Source: an uncultured Acidobacteriota bacterium (lineage in GTDB: Bacteria; Acidobacteriota; Vicinamibacteria; Vicinamibacterales; UBA2999). From it: a stretch of 64,000 bases of DNA. Positions 45,916 through 54,500 of the stretch are shown one piece after another (position 1 is the first letter of the stretch; each line of letters opens with the position of its first letter). Location of the stretch: the NCBI GenBank assembly GCA_963773045.1, contig CAVYZT010000013.1:207137-271136 (forward strand). Direction: 5' to 3'. The notes beneath the pieces were generated by a model. That model worked only from the letters and a program-made list of their open reading frames with translations. It was not told the DNA's origin and did not search any database. The position numbers and the translations under genes are program-made.

Positions 45916-46570
45916 AGCCGGCGCCCCGCACGGTCTGAATCAGCTTGCGATCGAAGCCGCGGTCCACCTTGTCGCGCAGCCGCGAGACGAGCACGTCCAC
46001 GACGTTGGTGCCCGGGTCGAACGAGTAGCCCCATACGTGGGACAAGATCATCGTCTTGGACAGCACGCGCCCGGGATGGCGCATCAGGTATTCGAGGAGC
46101 GCGAACTCGCGCGGGCGGAGATCGATGGCCTGCCCCGAACGCTCGACGCGACGCGACAGCAAGTCCATGGTCAGCTCGCCGACCACGAGGCGCGTTGGCT
46201 CGGCCGTGCCGCTGGAGCGACGAATGAGGGCCTGGACCCGCGCCAGCAGTTCGGCAAAGGCGAAAGGCTTGGTGAGGTAGTCGTCGCCACCGGCTTGCAG
46301 ACCCTTCACGCGATCGTCGACCGACCGGCGCGCGCTCAGGATCAGAACGGGCGTCTGGACGCGGGCGGCGCGCAGGCGTTCGATGAGCGCCAGTCCGTCG
46401 AGGCCGGGAAGCATGACGTCCACAACCGCCACGTCATATGCGTTGGCGAGCGCCAGACGCAGACCGTCGGTCCCGGCGGCCGCGACATCCACGGCGTAGC
46501 TTGCTTCGCGAAGGCCTTGCGCGACGAAGTCGGCAATCACCCGATCGTCTTCGCACACCAGGACGCGCAT
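45896..46570 (-). CDS. OmpR-family response regulator (CpxR-like)
   Basis: MRVLVCEDD..DVAVVDVMLPGLDG. Winged helix ..[11 protein letters not shown]. Confidence 0.9.
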   Translation of the reverse strand: MRVLVCEDDRVIADFVAQGLREASYAVDVAAAGTDGLRLALANAYDVAVVDVMLPGLDGLALIERLRAARVQTPVLILSARRSVDDRVKGLQAGGDDYLTKPFAFAELLARVQALIRRSSGTAEPTRLVVGELTMDLLSRRVERSGQAIDLRPREFALLEYLMRHPGRVLSKTMILSHVWGYSFDPGTNVVDVLVSRLRDKVDRGFDRKLIQTVRGAGYVLKAD

Positions 46571-46596
46571 AAGGCGGATCGTAACAGTTCATGCGG

Positions 46597-46694
46597 AATC
46601 TGGAGATCTGGTGACGTCGTGATCTCGTGATCGATCGTGCGATCTGGCGATCTGGTGATCTGGTGAGCGATCGGTTGATCTATCTGGTGATCGA
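46597..46694. repeat. Degenerate 7-8-nt array (GATCTGGY)n
   Basis: gatctggcgatctggtgatctggtgagcgatcggttgatctatctggtgatcg. Confidence 0.8.
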
Positions 46695-46711
46695 ATTGCC
46701 TTGTGAGAGTC

Positions 46712-47014
46712 GTAGGGCGCGACTTTAGTCGTGCCCCTCGATTGGAGTAGGCCACGACTTTAGTCGTGCAGGAGGAGGAATTGGAGTGCCTCTCGAGTGG
46801 AGTAGGGCACGACTTTGGTCGTGCCTCTCGGGTGGAGTAGGCCACGACTTTAGTCGTGCAGGAGGAGGAATTGGAGTGCCTCTCGAGTGGAGTAGGGCAC
46901 GACTTTAGTCGTGCCTCTCGGGTGGAGTAGGCCACAACTTAGTCATATCGCTGAGTGGTGCCATCAGATGCGGGGTCACGTCCGTGCCGAGTAGGGCATG
47001 ACCTTTGTCATGCC
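46712..47014. repeat. REP array, 7 copies of GTAGG-GCAYGAC-TTTA-GTCRTGCC hairpins, including a roughly 90-bp higher-order duplication
   Basis: Copies start at about 46712, 46747, 46802, 46827, 46892, 46927 (degenerate) and 46991. The last is 37 bp upstream of the RAYT start. Confidence 0.9.
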
Positions 47015-47050
47015 ACTCACGGGACCACTGTTTGCACCAAGCAGCGAAGC

Positions 47051-47557
47051 ATGGCTCGACCTGTCCGCCTGCGCGAGGTCTCCTACGCCGGCTTTGCCGC
47101 CTACTTCGTGACGACGTGCACTCTGGATCGCGTATGTGTCTTTGAGAATGTCGAGTTTGGTCGCCTCGTCGCGGACGCACTTCTTTCACACGCTAGAGCG
47201 AATGCGTTTGCAGTTCCTGCGTACTGCCTGATGCCTGACCACGCGCACATCATCATGGTCGGCACACAAGAGAATTCGTCACTGTGCGAATTCGTAAAGG
47301 ACTGGAAACAAGCGTCAGGCTTCCAGTGGAGTCAGCGAGGAAATGGCAAACTCTGGCAGATCGGCTACTGGGATCGCGTGCTCCGAGAAGACGAGGCGAT
47401 TCTATCGGTCGCGCGTTACGTGATCGAGAATCCAGTGCGCGCGAAGCTTGTCAGGGAACCGGCGGAGTATCCACTACTGGGATCGAGCGAGTACACGATT
47501 GCCGAGATTCTTGAAGCAGTCCAGATGAACTGGGGACGTCGGTGGAGATCGAGCTAA
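47051..47557 (+). CDS. REP-associated tyrosine transposase (RAYT, IS200/IS605 TnpA-like Y1 HUH enzyme)
   Basis: HUH motif in CLMPDHAHIIM. Catalytic Tyr context ARYVIENPVRAKL. 168 aa. Flanked by REP arrays. Confidence 0.85.
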   Translation: MARPVRLREVSYAGFAAYFVTTCTLDRVCVFENVEFGRLVADALLSHARANAFAVPAYCLMPDHAHIIMVGTQENSSLCEFVKDWKQASGFQWSQRGNGKLWQIGYWDRVLREDEAILSVARYVIENPVRAKLVREPAEYPLLGSSEYTIAEILEAVQMNWGRRWRSS

Positions 47558-47559
47558 TC

Positions 47560-47720
47560 GGCACGACATGCCCGACGACTCGATGGCATGACTGAAGTCA
47601 TACCCTACGACTCGATGGCATGACTAAAGTCATGCCCTACGACGCGACGACTCGATGGGATGACTGAAGTCATGCCCTACGACACCACGACTCGATGGCA
47701 TGACTAAAGTCATGCCCTAC
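47560..47720. repeat. REP array in the opposite orientation, 4 copies of GGCATGACTRAAGTCATRCCCTAC in a roughly 40-bp tandem unit, plus one partial copy
   Basis: Copies at about 47585, 47617, 47656 and 47697. They are the reverse complement of the upstream GTAGGGCATGAC... type. Confidence 0.9.
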
Positions 47721-47747
47721 GACGCGACGAGTCGCCAGCGTTCGACA

Positions 47748-48698
47748 TCAGCGCATCTTTTGCCATCGAGCGACCGCGCGGGCGTCGAGGCCCTGAAGAT
47801 CGTGGCTGCGGAGAAACTCGTTCACGAGTCCCAAGAGCTTCGGCGAGTCCTTGCGAACGGCCCACGCGTAGATGCCGTCCTGGCTCACGGAGACGTCCGG
47901 ATTGACCGCAATATTGTCGAGCGACCTCCGCCACGCGGCGACCAGATACTGGTCGGCGAGGGTGACGGGCACGCGGCCGTCGTTCACCATCCGCAGCAGG
48001 TCTTCATCAGTCAGCGACGGATCCATCGCGACGATCTTGCAGACGGGCTTGTTGATCTTGGCGAGCTGCCCGTTCAACCGCGTGAGGCTCGAGAAGTGAT
48101 CGCTGCCGCGACGGACATGAATCGAGCGGCCGGCCACGTCCTCGAGACTGACAATCGGCTGGACGCCAGGGCCGGTCAACAGGACCTCGCGCACGTCCTT
48201 GACGATCGGCTCGCTGAACGCGACGAGTTCCTCGCGCTCGAAGGTGTGCGCGAAACGGCCGGCGATCATGTCGCCGCGGCCGCTCGTCAGGGCGGCGAGC
48301 AACTCCTCAGGTGGCATCGGAATGAAGACCACCTTCACGCGCGTCGCGCCGGTGTCTGACGCAACGCGGACGAACGACTCGAACGCCTTGCCGGCTTCGA
48401 ACGCCGCGCCGTACTGCTGCCCGTCGTCGATCGAATAGTTGGTCTGGCCGCGCGCGACCAGAACACGAATGGTGCCACGCGACGTCATCGCGTCGACGTC
48501 GCCGGTGGCCGGCGTGCTCGCCAGCGCCATCTCTCTTGCCGACGGCGCAGGTTCTGGAGGCGTCTCGGCGATAGCCGTCTTTGGGTGTGCGGCTGTGGTT
48601 CCGCCAGCGCTGCTCGCGGTTGGCGCCGGTGCCGAGCACGCGGCGAAGGCGATGGCGCAGGTCGACACTGCGCACCATCTCAGGCACCCACCCCGCAT
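47748..48698 (-). CDS. Lipoprotein with a type-3 periplasmic solute-binding (MltF N-terminal-like) domain
   Basis: Leader ..CAIAFAAC. GTIRVLV..., bilobal SBP_bac_3-like pattern. No transglycosylase domain. Confidence 0.65.
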   Translation of the reverse strand: MRGGCLRWCAVSTCAIAFAACSAPAPTASSAGGTTAAHPKTAIAETPPEPAPSAREMALASTPATGDVDAMTSRGTIRVLVARGQTNYSIDDGQQYGAAFEAGKAFESFVRVASDTGATRVKVVFIPMPPEELLAALTSGRGDMIAGRFAHTFEREELVAFSEPIVKDVREVLLTGPGVQPIVSLEDVAGRSIHVRRGSDHFSSLTRLNGQLAKINKPVCKIVAMDPSLTDEDLLRMVNDGRVPVTLADQYLVAAWRRSLDNIAVNPDVSVSQDGIYAWAVRKDSPKLLGLVNEFLRSHDLQGLDARAVARWQKMR

Positions 48699-48732
48699 CG
48701 CGGGATCTTCTCACGGTTGTATACTCTGCCGG

Positions 48733-51159
48733 ATGAAGCGGGTCGCGCTGACGACGCTGTTGGGCCTTTCGGCCGTGACAGCAACGCTTGCGCAGGCGCC
48801 GGCAATGCCGGCGAGCGAACCAAAGGCGGCCTCTTCCAACTCGGTTGCGCTCGTCTCGCAGTACTGCGCCACCTGTCACAGCGAACGCGGGAAGGCCGGC
48901 GAGCTCTCGCTCGCCGGATTCGATCCCGATCGCGCGAGCGAGCATCCTGTCACCGCCGAAAAGATGATCCGCAAGCTGCGTGCGGGGATGATGCCGCCGC
49001 CCGGCGCGCGTCGGCCGTCGCCCGAAGTACTCGCGGCGCTGGCCGGCGCGATGGAATCGACGCTCGACGCCGAGAGCGCCGCCAATCCGGATCCGGGATG
49101 GCGGCCGTTCCAGCGATTGAATCGAGCCGAGTACGCGCGTGAAGTGAAGCGCCTGTTGAGTCTCGACGTGGACGTGTCGGCGTTCCTGCCGGCCGACACC
49201 GTGAGCCACGGCTTCGACAACATCGCCGATGCGCAGACGTTCTCACCGACGTTGATGGAGGGCTACCTCCGCGCCGCCAGTCGCATCACGATGCTGGCGA
49301 TTGGCGATCCGGAGAGCTCACCCAGCCAGGCGACATATAAGGTGTCGAAGGCGACCTCGCAGCTCACGCAGGTCGACGGTGCACCGCTCGGCACGCGCGG
49401 CGGCGTCTCGGTGATGCACACGTTCCCGGCGGACGGTGACTATGTGTTCAGCGCCGATTTCTACGCGGAGCCGCTGGGCTTGCTGTTTGGCAGCACCGCG
49501 GCCGGCGAGCAGCTCGAGGTGTCGATCGACGGGGCGCGCGTGGCGCTGTTCGACATCAATCCGCGGATGAGCGAAGAGAAGACGGGCCTGCAGGTCAAGT
49601 CACCGGCGATTCACGTACAGGCCGGGCCCCGCCGGGTGACGGCCGCGTTCATCAACCGATCGGAAGGCCTGGTCAACGATCTGATTGCGCCCATCGATCA
49701 CACGCTCGCCGACACCGAAATCGGCGTGGCCTACGGCATCACCACGCTCCCTCATTTGCGCGGCCTCAACATCGTCGGGCCGGAGCAGACCAGCGGTGTG
49801 TCGGACACGGTCAGCCGTCGAGCGGTGTTCACGTGCCGGCCGACCTCAGCGCAAGAAGAGACGGTGTGCGCGTCGGCAATCGTGCGGCGGTTGGCCACAA
49901 CAGCCTTCCGGCGTCCCGTGAACCCGCGCGACTTCGAGAGCCTGATGGGGTTCTACCAACGCGGCCGCAAGAACGCCAACTTCGAGCGCGGCATCGGCAA
50001 GGCGCTCGAAGCGATTCTCGCGAGCCCGCAGTTCCTCTTCAAGCTGGAGGAGCCGCCGGTTCGACTCGCCTCGACCCCCGCTGCGGCGACCAAGATCGAA
50101 AGGTACCGGCTGGGCGATCTGGATCTCGCGTCGCGACTGTCGTTCTTCTTGTGGGGATCGGGCCCGGACACCGAACTGTTGCGGATTGCCAGCGAGGGCC
50201 GGTTGAAGGCTCCCGGGATGATGTCGCAGCAGGTCAAGCGGATGCTGAGCGACGAGCGAGCCGAGGCACTGGCCACGCGATTCGCGGCGCAGTGGCTGCG
50301 GCTTCAGGATCTCGATCAGGTGCTGCCCGATCCGATTCAGTTTCCGTACTACGACCACACGCTGGGACAAGCCTTCAAGCGCGAGACCGAGCTCTTCGTC
50401 GAGAGTCTCATCCGTGAAGATCGCAGCGTCCTCGAGTTGTTGACGGCCGATTACACCTTCGTCAACGAACGACTGGCGCGTCACTACGGCATTCCCGACA
50501 TCGCGGGCAGTGAGTTCCGGCGCGTGACGCTGCCCGAGTATCGCCGCGGCATCCTGGGACAGGGCAGCGTGTTGACGCTCACGTCGATCGCCACTCGCAC
50601 CTCGCCGGTCATGCGCGGCAAGTGGGTGCTCGAAGTGCTGATGGCGTCGCCGCCGCCTCCGCCGCCGCCCAATGTTCCGCCGCTGGATGAGATCAAGCCG
50701 ACTTCGGGTACGCGGCTGCTGACCGTGCGCGAGCGGATGGAGGAGCATCGCAAGAATCCGTCGTGCACGTCGTGCCACCGGGTGATCGATCCGGTCGGCC
50801 TCGCGCTCGAAAATTTCGACGTGACCGGCAAGTGGCGCGCGAAGGACGGCGACGTGGCGGTGGATGCATCGGGGACGCTCTACGACGGCACGACGATGAG
50901 CGGTCCGGGCGGACTGCGCGACGCGCTTCTGAAGCACAAGGACATGTTCCTGACGAGCTTCACGGAGAATTTGATGACGTACGCGCTGGGGCGGCGGCTC
51001 GAGGCGTACGACATGCCGGCGGTGCGCCGGATCATCCGTGACGCCGCACAGCGGGACTATCGGCTCGGCGCGTTCATCAACGGCGTCGTCAACAGCGTCG
51101 CGTTTCAGTCGAGTCGGGTGCCGACGGCGGAGTTGTCGTCGACGACGGCGGGCAGATAA
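48733..51159 (+). CDS. DUF1587/1592/1595/1588/1585 multi-domain protein with cytochrome c motifs
   Basis: Signal peptide. CATCHS near the N-terminus. MMPPPG. C-terminal CTSCHRVIDPVG. Confidence 0.8.
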   Translation: MKRVALTTLLGLSAVTATLAQAPAMPASEPKAASSNSVALVSQYCATCHSERGKAGELSLAGFDPDRASEHPVTAEKMIRKLRAGMMPPPGARRPSPEVLAALAGAMESTLDAESAANPDPGWRPFQRLNRAEYAREVKRLLSLDVDVSAFLPADTVSHGFDNIADAQTFSPTLMEGYLRAASRITMLAIGDPESSPSQATYKVSKATSQLTQVDGAPLGTRGGVSVMHTFPADGDYVFSADFYAEPLGLLFGSTAAGEQLEVSIDGARVALFDINPRMSEEKTGLQVKSPAIHVQAGPRRVTAAFINRSEGLVNDLIAPIDHTLADTEIGVAYGITTLPHLRGLNIVGPEQTSGVSDTVSRRAVFTCRPTSAQEETVCASAIVRRLATTAFRRPVNPRDFESLMGFYQRGRKNANFERGIGKALEAILASPQFLFKLEEPPVRLASTPAAATKIERYRLGDLDLASRLSFFLWGSGPDTELLRIASEGRLKAPGMMSQQVKRMLSDERAEALATRFAAQWLRLQDLDQVLPDPIQFPYYDHTLGQAFKRETELFVESLIREDRSVLELLTADYTFVNERLARHYGIPDIAGSEFRRVTLPEYRRGILGQGSVLTLTSIATRTSPVMRGKWVLEVLMASPPPPPPPNVPPLDEIKPTSGTRLLTVRERMEEHRKNPSCTSCHRVIDPVGLALENFDVTGKWRAKDGDVAVDASGTLYDGTTMSGPGGLRDALLKHKDMFLTSFTENLMTYALGRRLEAYDMPAVRRIIRDAAQRDYRLGAFINGVVNSVAFQSSRVPTAELSSTTAGR

Positions 51160-51162
51160 TTG

Positions 51163-51241
51163 GGGCCTGGCCCCTCGCCAAAAACTGCGATCCGGAAAGA
51201 TTCGTGCCGGGCGCGCAGTTTTTGACGAGGGGCCAGGCCCC
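51163..51241. repeat. GGGGCCTGGCCC-ended hairpin element, copy 2
   Basis: GGGGCCTGGCCCCTCGCCAAAAACTGCG ... CGCAGTTTTTGACGAGGGGCCAGGCCCC (27-bp stem, one mismatch), between the two DUF genes. Confidence 0.9.
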
Positions 51242-51252
51242 TAGAGGGAAAC

Positions 51253-52623
51253 ATGAAGCAGCCACTGTCGAGGCGGACGATGCTCAAGGGCGTGGGCGCG
51301 GCGATCAGCCTCCCGATGCTCGAGGCGATGATGCCGGCGCGCTCAGCGTGGGCGAGCGCCGCGGGACGACCCAAGCGGCTGGTCGCCATCGAGATGGTGC
51401 ACGGCGCCGCCGGCAGCACCACCTACGGCATCAAGAAGAACATGTGGTCGCCAGCCGAGACCGGCGCCGCCTTCGACCTGAAGCCCACCAGCCTCGCCTC
51501 GCTCGAGCCCTATCGCGATTACCTGACGATCGTCAGCAACACCGATGTCCGCAACGCCGAGGCGTTTGCCGCGCCTGAGATCGGCGCCGATCACTTCCGC
51601 ACCGCCGCCGTCTTTCTCACCCAATGCAAGCCGAAGCAGACGCAGGGGTCCGACGTCTTTGCCGGCGTCTCGCTCGATCAGATCTACGCGCAGCACTTCG
51701 GCCAGGAGACGCCGATCCCCTCGATGCAGCTCTGCATCGAGAACGTCGACCAGGCCGGCGGGTGTTCGTACAACTACTCCTGCGTCTACACCGACACGAT
51801 CAGCTGGTCATCGCCGACCGATCCGCTGCCGATGATTCGGGATCCCCGGGTTGTGTTCGACCAACTGTTCGGCGTGGGCGCGACCGCGGCCGCCCGGCGC
51901 ACCCGGCGGCAGGACGATCGCAGCATCCTCGACTGGGTGACCGATTCGGTGAATCAGCTCAAGACGCGCCTCGGCGCGGCCGATCGCGCCCGGCTCAGCA
52001 ACTATCTGGACGACGTGCGCGAGATCGAGCGGCGTATTCAGCGCGTCGAATCGTTCAATTCCAGCGGCGAGACGCGCGAATTGCCGACCGCGCCAGTCGG
52101 CGTCCCGGACGACTTCGCCGAGCACGTGCGCTTGATGTTCGATCTGCAGGCGGTCGCCTTCGCCTCCGACCTGACGCGAGTGTTTTCATTCAAGATGGGC
52201 CGCGACGTGTCGAACCGCGTTTATCGCCCCAGCGGATCGACCACGGCCTTCCACACCGCGTCGCATCATCTGGACCGCGAGGAGCGCATCACCGACTTCC
52301 AGAAGATCAACACCTACCACGTCAGCATGCTGCCGTATTTCCTCGAGAAGCTGAAGCAGACGACGGATGGCGATGGCAACCTGCTCGACTCGAGCCTGGT
52401 GATCTACGGGTCGGCGATGGGGAACTCGAATCTCCACAACCACAAACGCTGTCCGCTGCTGGTCGCGGGACACGCCGGCGGCGCGCTCAAGGGCCAGTGT
52501 CACATCCGCGCCGAAGACGGCGCGCCGATGGCCAACGCGATGCTCGCGATGCTGCAAGCGCTGGGCGTCGAGATGACGCAATTCGGCGACAGCACGAAGG
52601 CGATGGATCTCAACGCGGATTAG
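51253..52623 (+). CDS. DUF1552 domain protein with Tat signal
   Basis: SRRTMLKGVGAAISLPMLEAM twin-arginine leader. Usual partner of the DUF1592 family. Confidence 0.8.
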   Translation: MKQPLSRRTMLKGVGAAISLPMLEAMMPARSAWASAAGRPKRLVAIEMVHGAAGSTTYGIKKNMWSPAETGAAFDLKPTSLASLEPYRDYLTIVSNTDVRNAEAFAAPEIGADHFRTAAVFLTQCKPKQTQGSDVFAGVSLDQIYAQHFGQETPIPSMQLCIENVDQAGGCSYNYSCVYTDTISWSSPTDPLPMIRDPRVVFDQLFGVGATAAARRTRRQDDRSILDWVTDSVNQLKTRLGAADRARLSNYLDDVREIERRIQRVESFNSSGETRELPTAPVGVPDDFAEHVRLMFDLQAVAFASDLTRVFSFKMGRDVSNRVYRPSGSTTAFHTASHHLDREERITDFQKINTYHVSMLPYFLEKLKQTTDGDGNLLDSSLVIYGSAMGNSNLHNHKRCPLLVAGHAGGALKGQCHIRAEDGAPMANAMLAMLQALGVEMTQFGDSTKAMDLNAD

Positions 52624-52657
52624 TGCAGATGACGCGGATGATTTTCCAGGGCCGCAG

Positions 52658-54436
52658 ATGACGCAGATGACACCGATGGCCTGTGTTGCGAGGTCGACGA
52701 TGGGCTGTGTCGCGAGGTCGGGCGGTCAGTCGAATCGCTGGCTCGTCGCCGGATTGCTGGCGGCTACGGTGTTGACCGCCGGCCTTCGCGCGGCACAGCC
52801 CAGCGCAGCGAAGCAGGCGTTGTCCGATCCGGTGAACGTTGTGCAGGCCGCGCAGTCACGCGAACTCCCGGCGGTGCGCGCGCTGTTGAAAAGCGGCAGC
52901 GATGTGAACGCGACGCAGGGCGATGGCATGACGGCGCTGCACTGGGCGGCCACGCACGGCGACGTCGAGATGACGTCAATGCTGCTGGCAGCCGGCGGGA
53001 ATCTGCACGCGACGACGCGGCTGGGCGGCTACACGCCGCTCCACCTGGCCGCTCAAGCCGGACACACGGCGGTGGTTCGAACGTTGCTGAGCGCCGGTGC
53101 TCGCGTCGACACGCTCACCTCCACCGGAGCCACACCGCTGATGTTGGCCGCGAAGTCCGGCAGCCCGGACGTGACGACGACGCTGCTCGAGTTGGGCGCG
53201 AATCCCAATGCGAAGGAGCCGGTGAACGGCCAGACGCCCCTCATGATCGCCGCCGGCCTCGATCGTGCGTCAGTCGTCCGCGCGCTGCTCGCCCGCGGCG
53301 CCGACGCGACGATCACGTCATCGATCGTGGATCTGGCGGCGCTGACCGCTCCTGCCGAGGCCGACGCGCGTCCCGGCGCGGCGCGTACCGGCGCAGGTGC
53401 GGCAGCCGAGAAGCGGCTCGATGTTCCCGGTGTGACTCGAGGCTTTCGCTACAACGAGCTGATCGGTGCGCAAGGCGGGCTGTCGGCGCTGCACTTCGCC
53501 GCCCGGCAGGGCAGCATGGCATCGGCCCGGGCGCTGCTCGATGCTGGCGCGGACGTGAATCAGCCGAGCCCGGGCGACAAGACCACGCCGCTGCTCATCG
53601 CCATCATCAACGGCCATTTCGATCTCGGACTGTCGTTGCTCGAGCGCGGCGCCAATCCGAACGGCCGCAGCGAAGCGGGTGCCACGCCGCTGTACGCGAC
53701 GCTGAACGTGCAGTGGGCGCCGATTGCCGCGTATCCACAGCCGCGGGCGTATCTGCAGCAGGAGCATTCGTACCTGGATGTCATGAAGGCGCTGCTCGAC
53801 AAGGGCGCCGATCCGAACGCGCGGCTCGGCCGCAAGGTCTGGTACTCGAGCTACAACTTCGATCAATCGAACGTGGACGAAATCGGCGCCTCGCCGTTCT
53901 GGCGGGCGGCCTACGCGAGCGACGTGGCGGCGATGCGGCTGCTCGTGTCGTACGGTGCCGACCCGGCGCTACCGACCATCAAGTCGGCCGGCCGCCGTTT
54001 TTCGGAGGATGGCGTGGCCGAAGGCAAGGACGGAACGGGATTGCCGCCGCCGACGATCGGGGGCCCGAACGTGACGCCGCTGCAAGCGGCGGCCGGCGTC
54101 GGCTATGGATTCGGCTTTGCCGGCAACTCTCACCACGTCGCGCCAGGCGGCATGATGGCGGCAGTCCGCTACCTGGTCGATGAGCTCGGCGCCGACGTGA
54201 ACGCGATCGACGCCGACGGCAACACGGCCGTGCACCATGCGGCGTCGCGCGGCGACAACGACATGATTCTCTACCTGGTCTCGAAGGGCGCGCTGGTCAC
54301 GCGAGTCAATCGCTCCGGGCAGACCACGATCGACCTCGCGAATGGCCCCGTGCAGCGGATTCAGCCGTTTCCTGAAACGATCGCGCTGCTCGAACGGTTG
54401 GGTGCCAAGAACAATCACAAGTGCGTGTCGTGCTGA
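52658..54436 (+). CDS. Secreted ankyrin-repeat protein (about 10 ANK repeats). Start uncertain (in-frame ATGs at 52658, 52667, 52676, 52700).
   Basis: Repeated G.T.LH.AA..G motifs. The hydrophobic leader follows a tandemly duplicated 5' end. Confidence 0.8.
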   Translation: MTQMTPMACVARSTMGCVARSGGQSNRWLVAGLLAATVLTAGLRAAQPSAAKQALSDPVNVVQAAQSRELPAVRALLKSGSDVNATQGDGMTALHWAATHGDVEMTSMLLAAGGNLHATTRLGGYTPLHLAAQAGHTAVVRTLLSAGARVDTLTSTGATPLMLAAKSGSPDVTTTLLELGANPNAKEPVNGQTPLMIAAGLDRASVVRALLARGADATITSSIVDLAALTAPAEADARPGAARTGAGAAAEKRLDVPGVTRGFRYNELIGAQGGLSALHFAARQGSMASARALLDAGADVNQPSPGDKTTPLLIAIINGHFDLGLSLLERGANPNGRSEAGATPLYATLNVQWAPIAAYPQPRAYLQQEHSYLDVMKALLDKGADPNARLGRKVWYSSYNFDQSNVDEIGASPFWRAAYASDVAAMRLLVSYGADPALPTIKSAGRRFSEDGVAEGKDGTGLPPPTIGGPNVTPLQAAAGVGYGFGFAGNSHHVAPGGMMAAVRYLVDELGADVNAIDADGNTAVHHAASRGDNDMILYLVSKGALVTRVNRSGQTTIDLANGPVQRIQPFPETIALLERLGAKNNHKCVSC

Positions 54437-54439
54437 GAA

Positions 54440-54492
54440 CAGGTTCAGCAGGTTCAGCAGGTTCAGCAGGTTCAGCAGGTTCTGCAGGTTCG
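54440..54492. repeat. Tandem nonamer array (CAGGTTCAG)n, second locus
   Basis: gaac(aggttcagc)x4 aggttctgc aggttcgg. Near-identical to 4331-4400. Confidence 0.9.
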
Positions 54493-54500
54493 GACTACTG

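Noticed and set aside
54425-54436. C-terminal CVSC of the ankyrin protein as a CaaX-like prenylation box (as in some intracellular-pathogen ankyrin effectors)
   Set aside because: The second 'a' position is Ser, the protein has a Sec-type leader, and the organism looks like a free-living soil bacterium. Coincidence is more likely.
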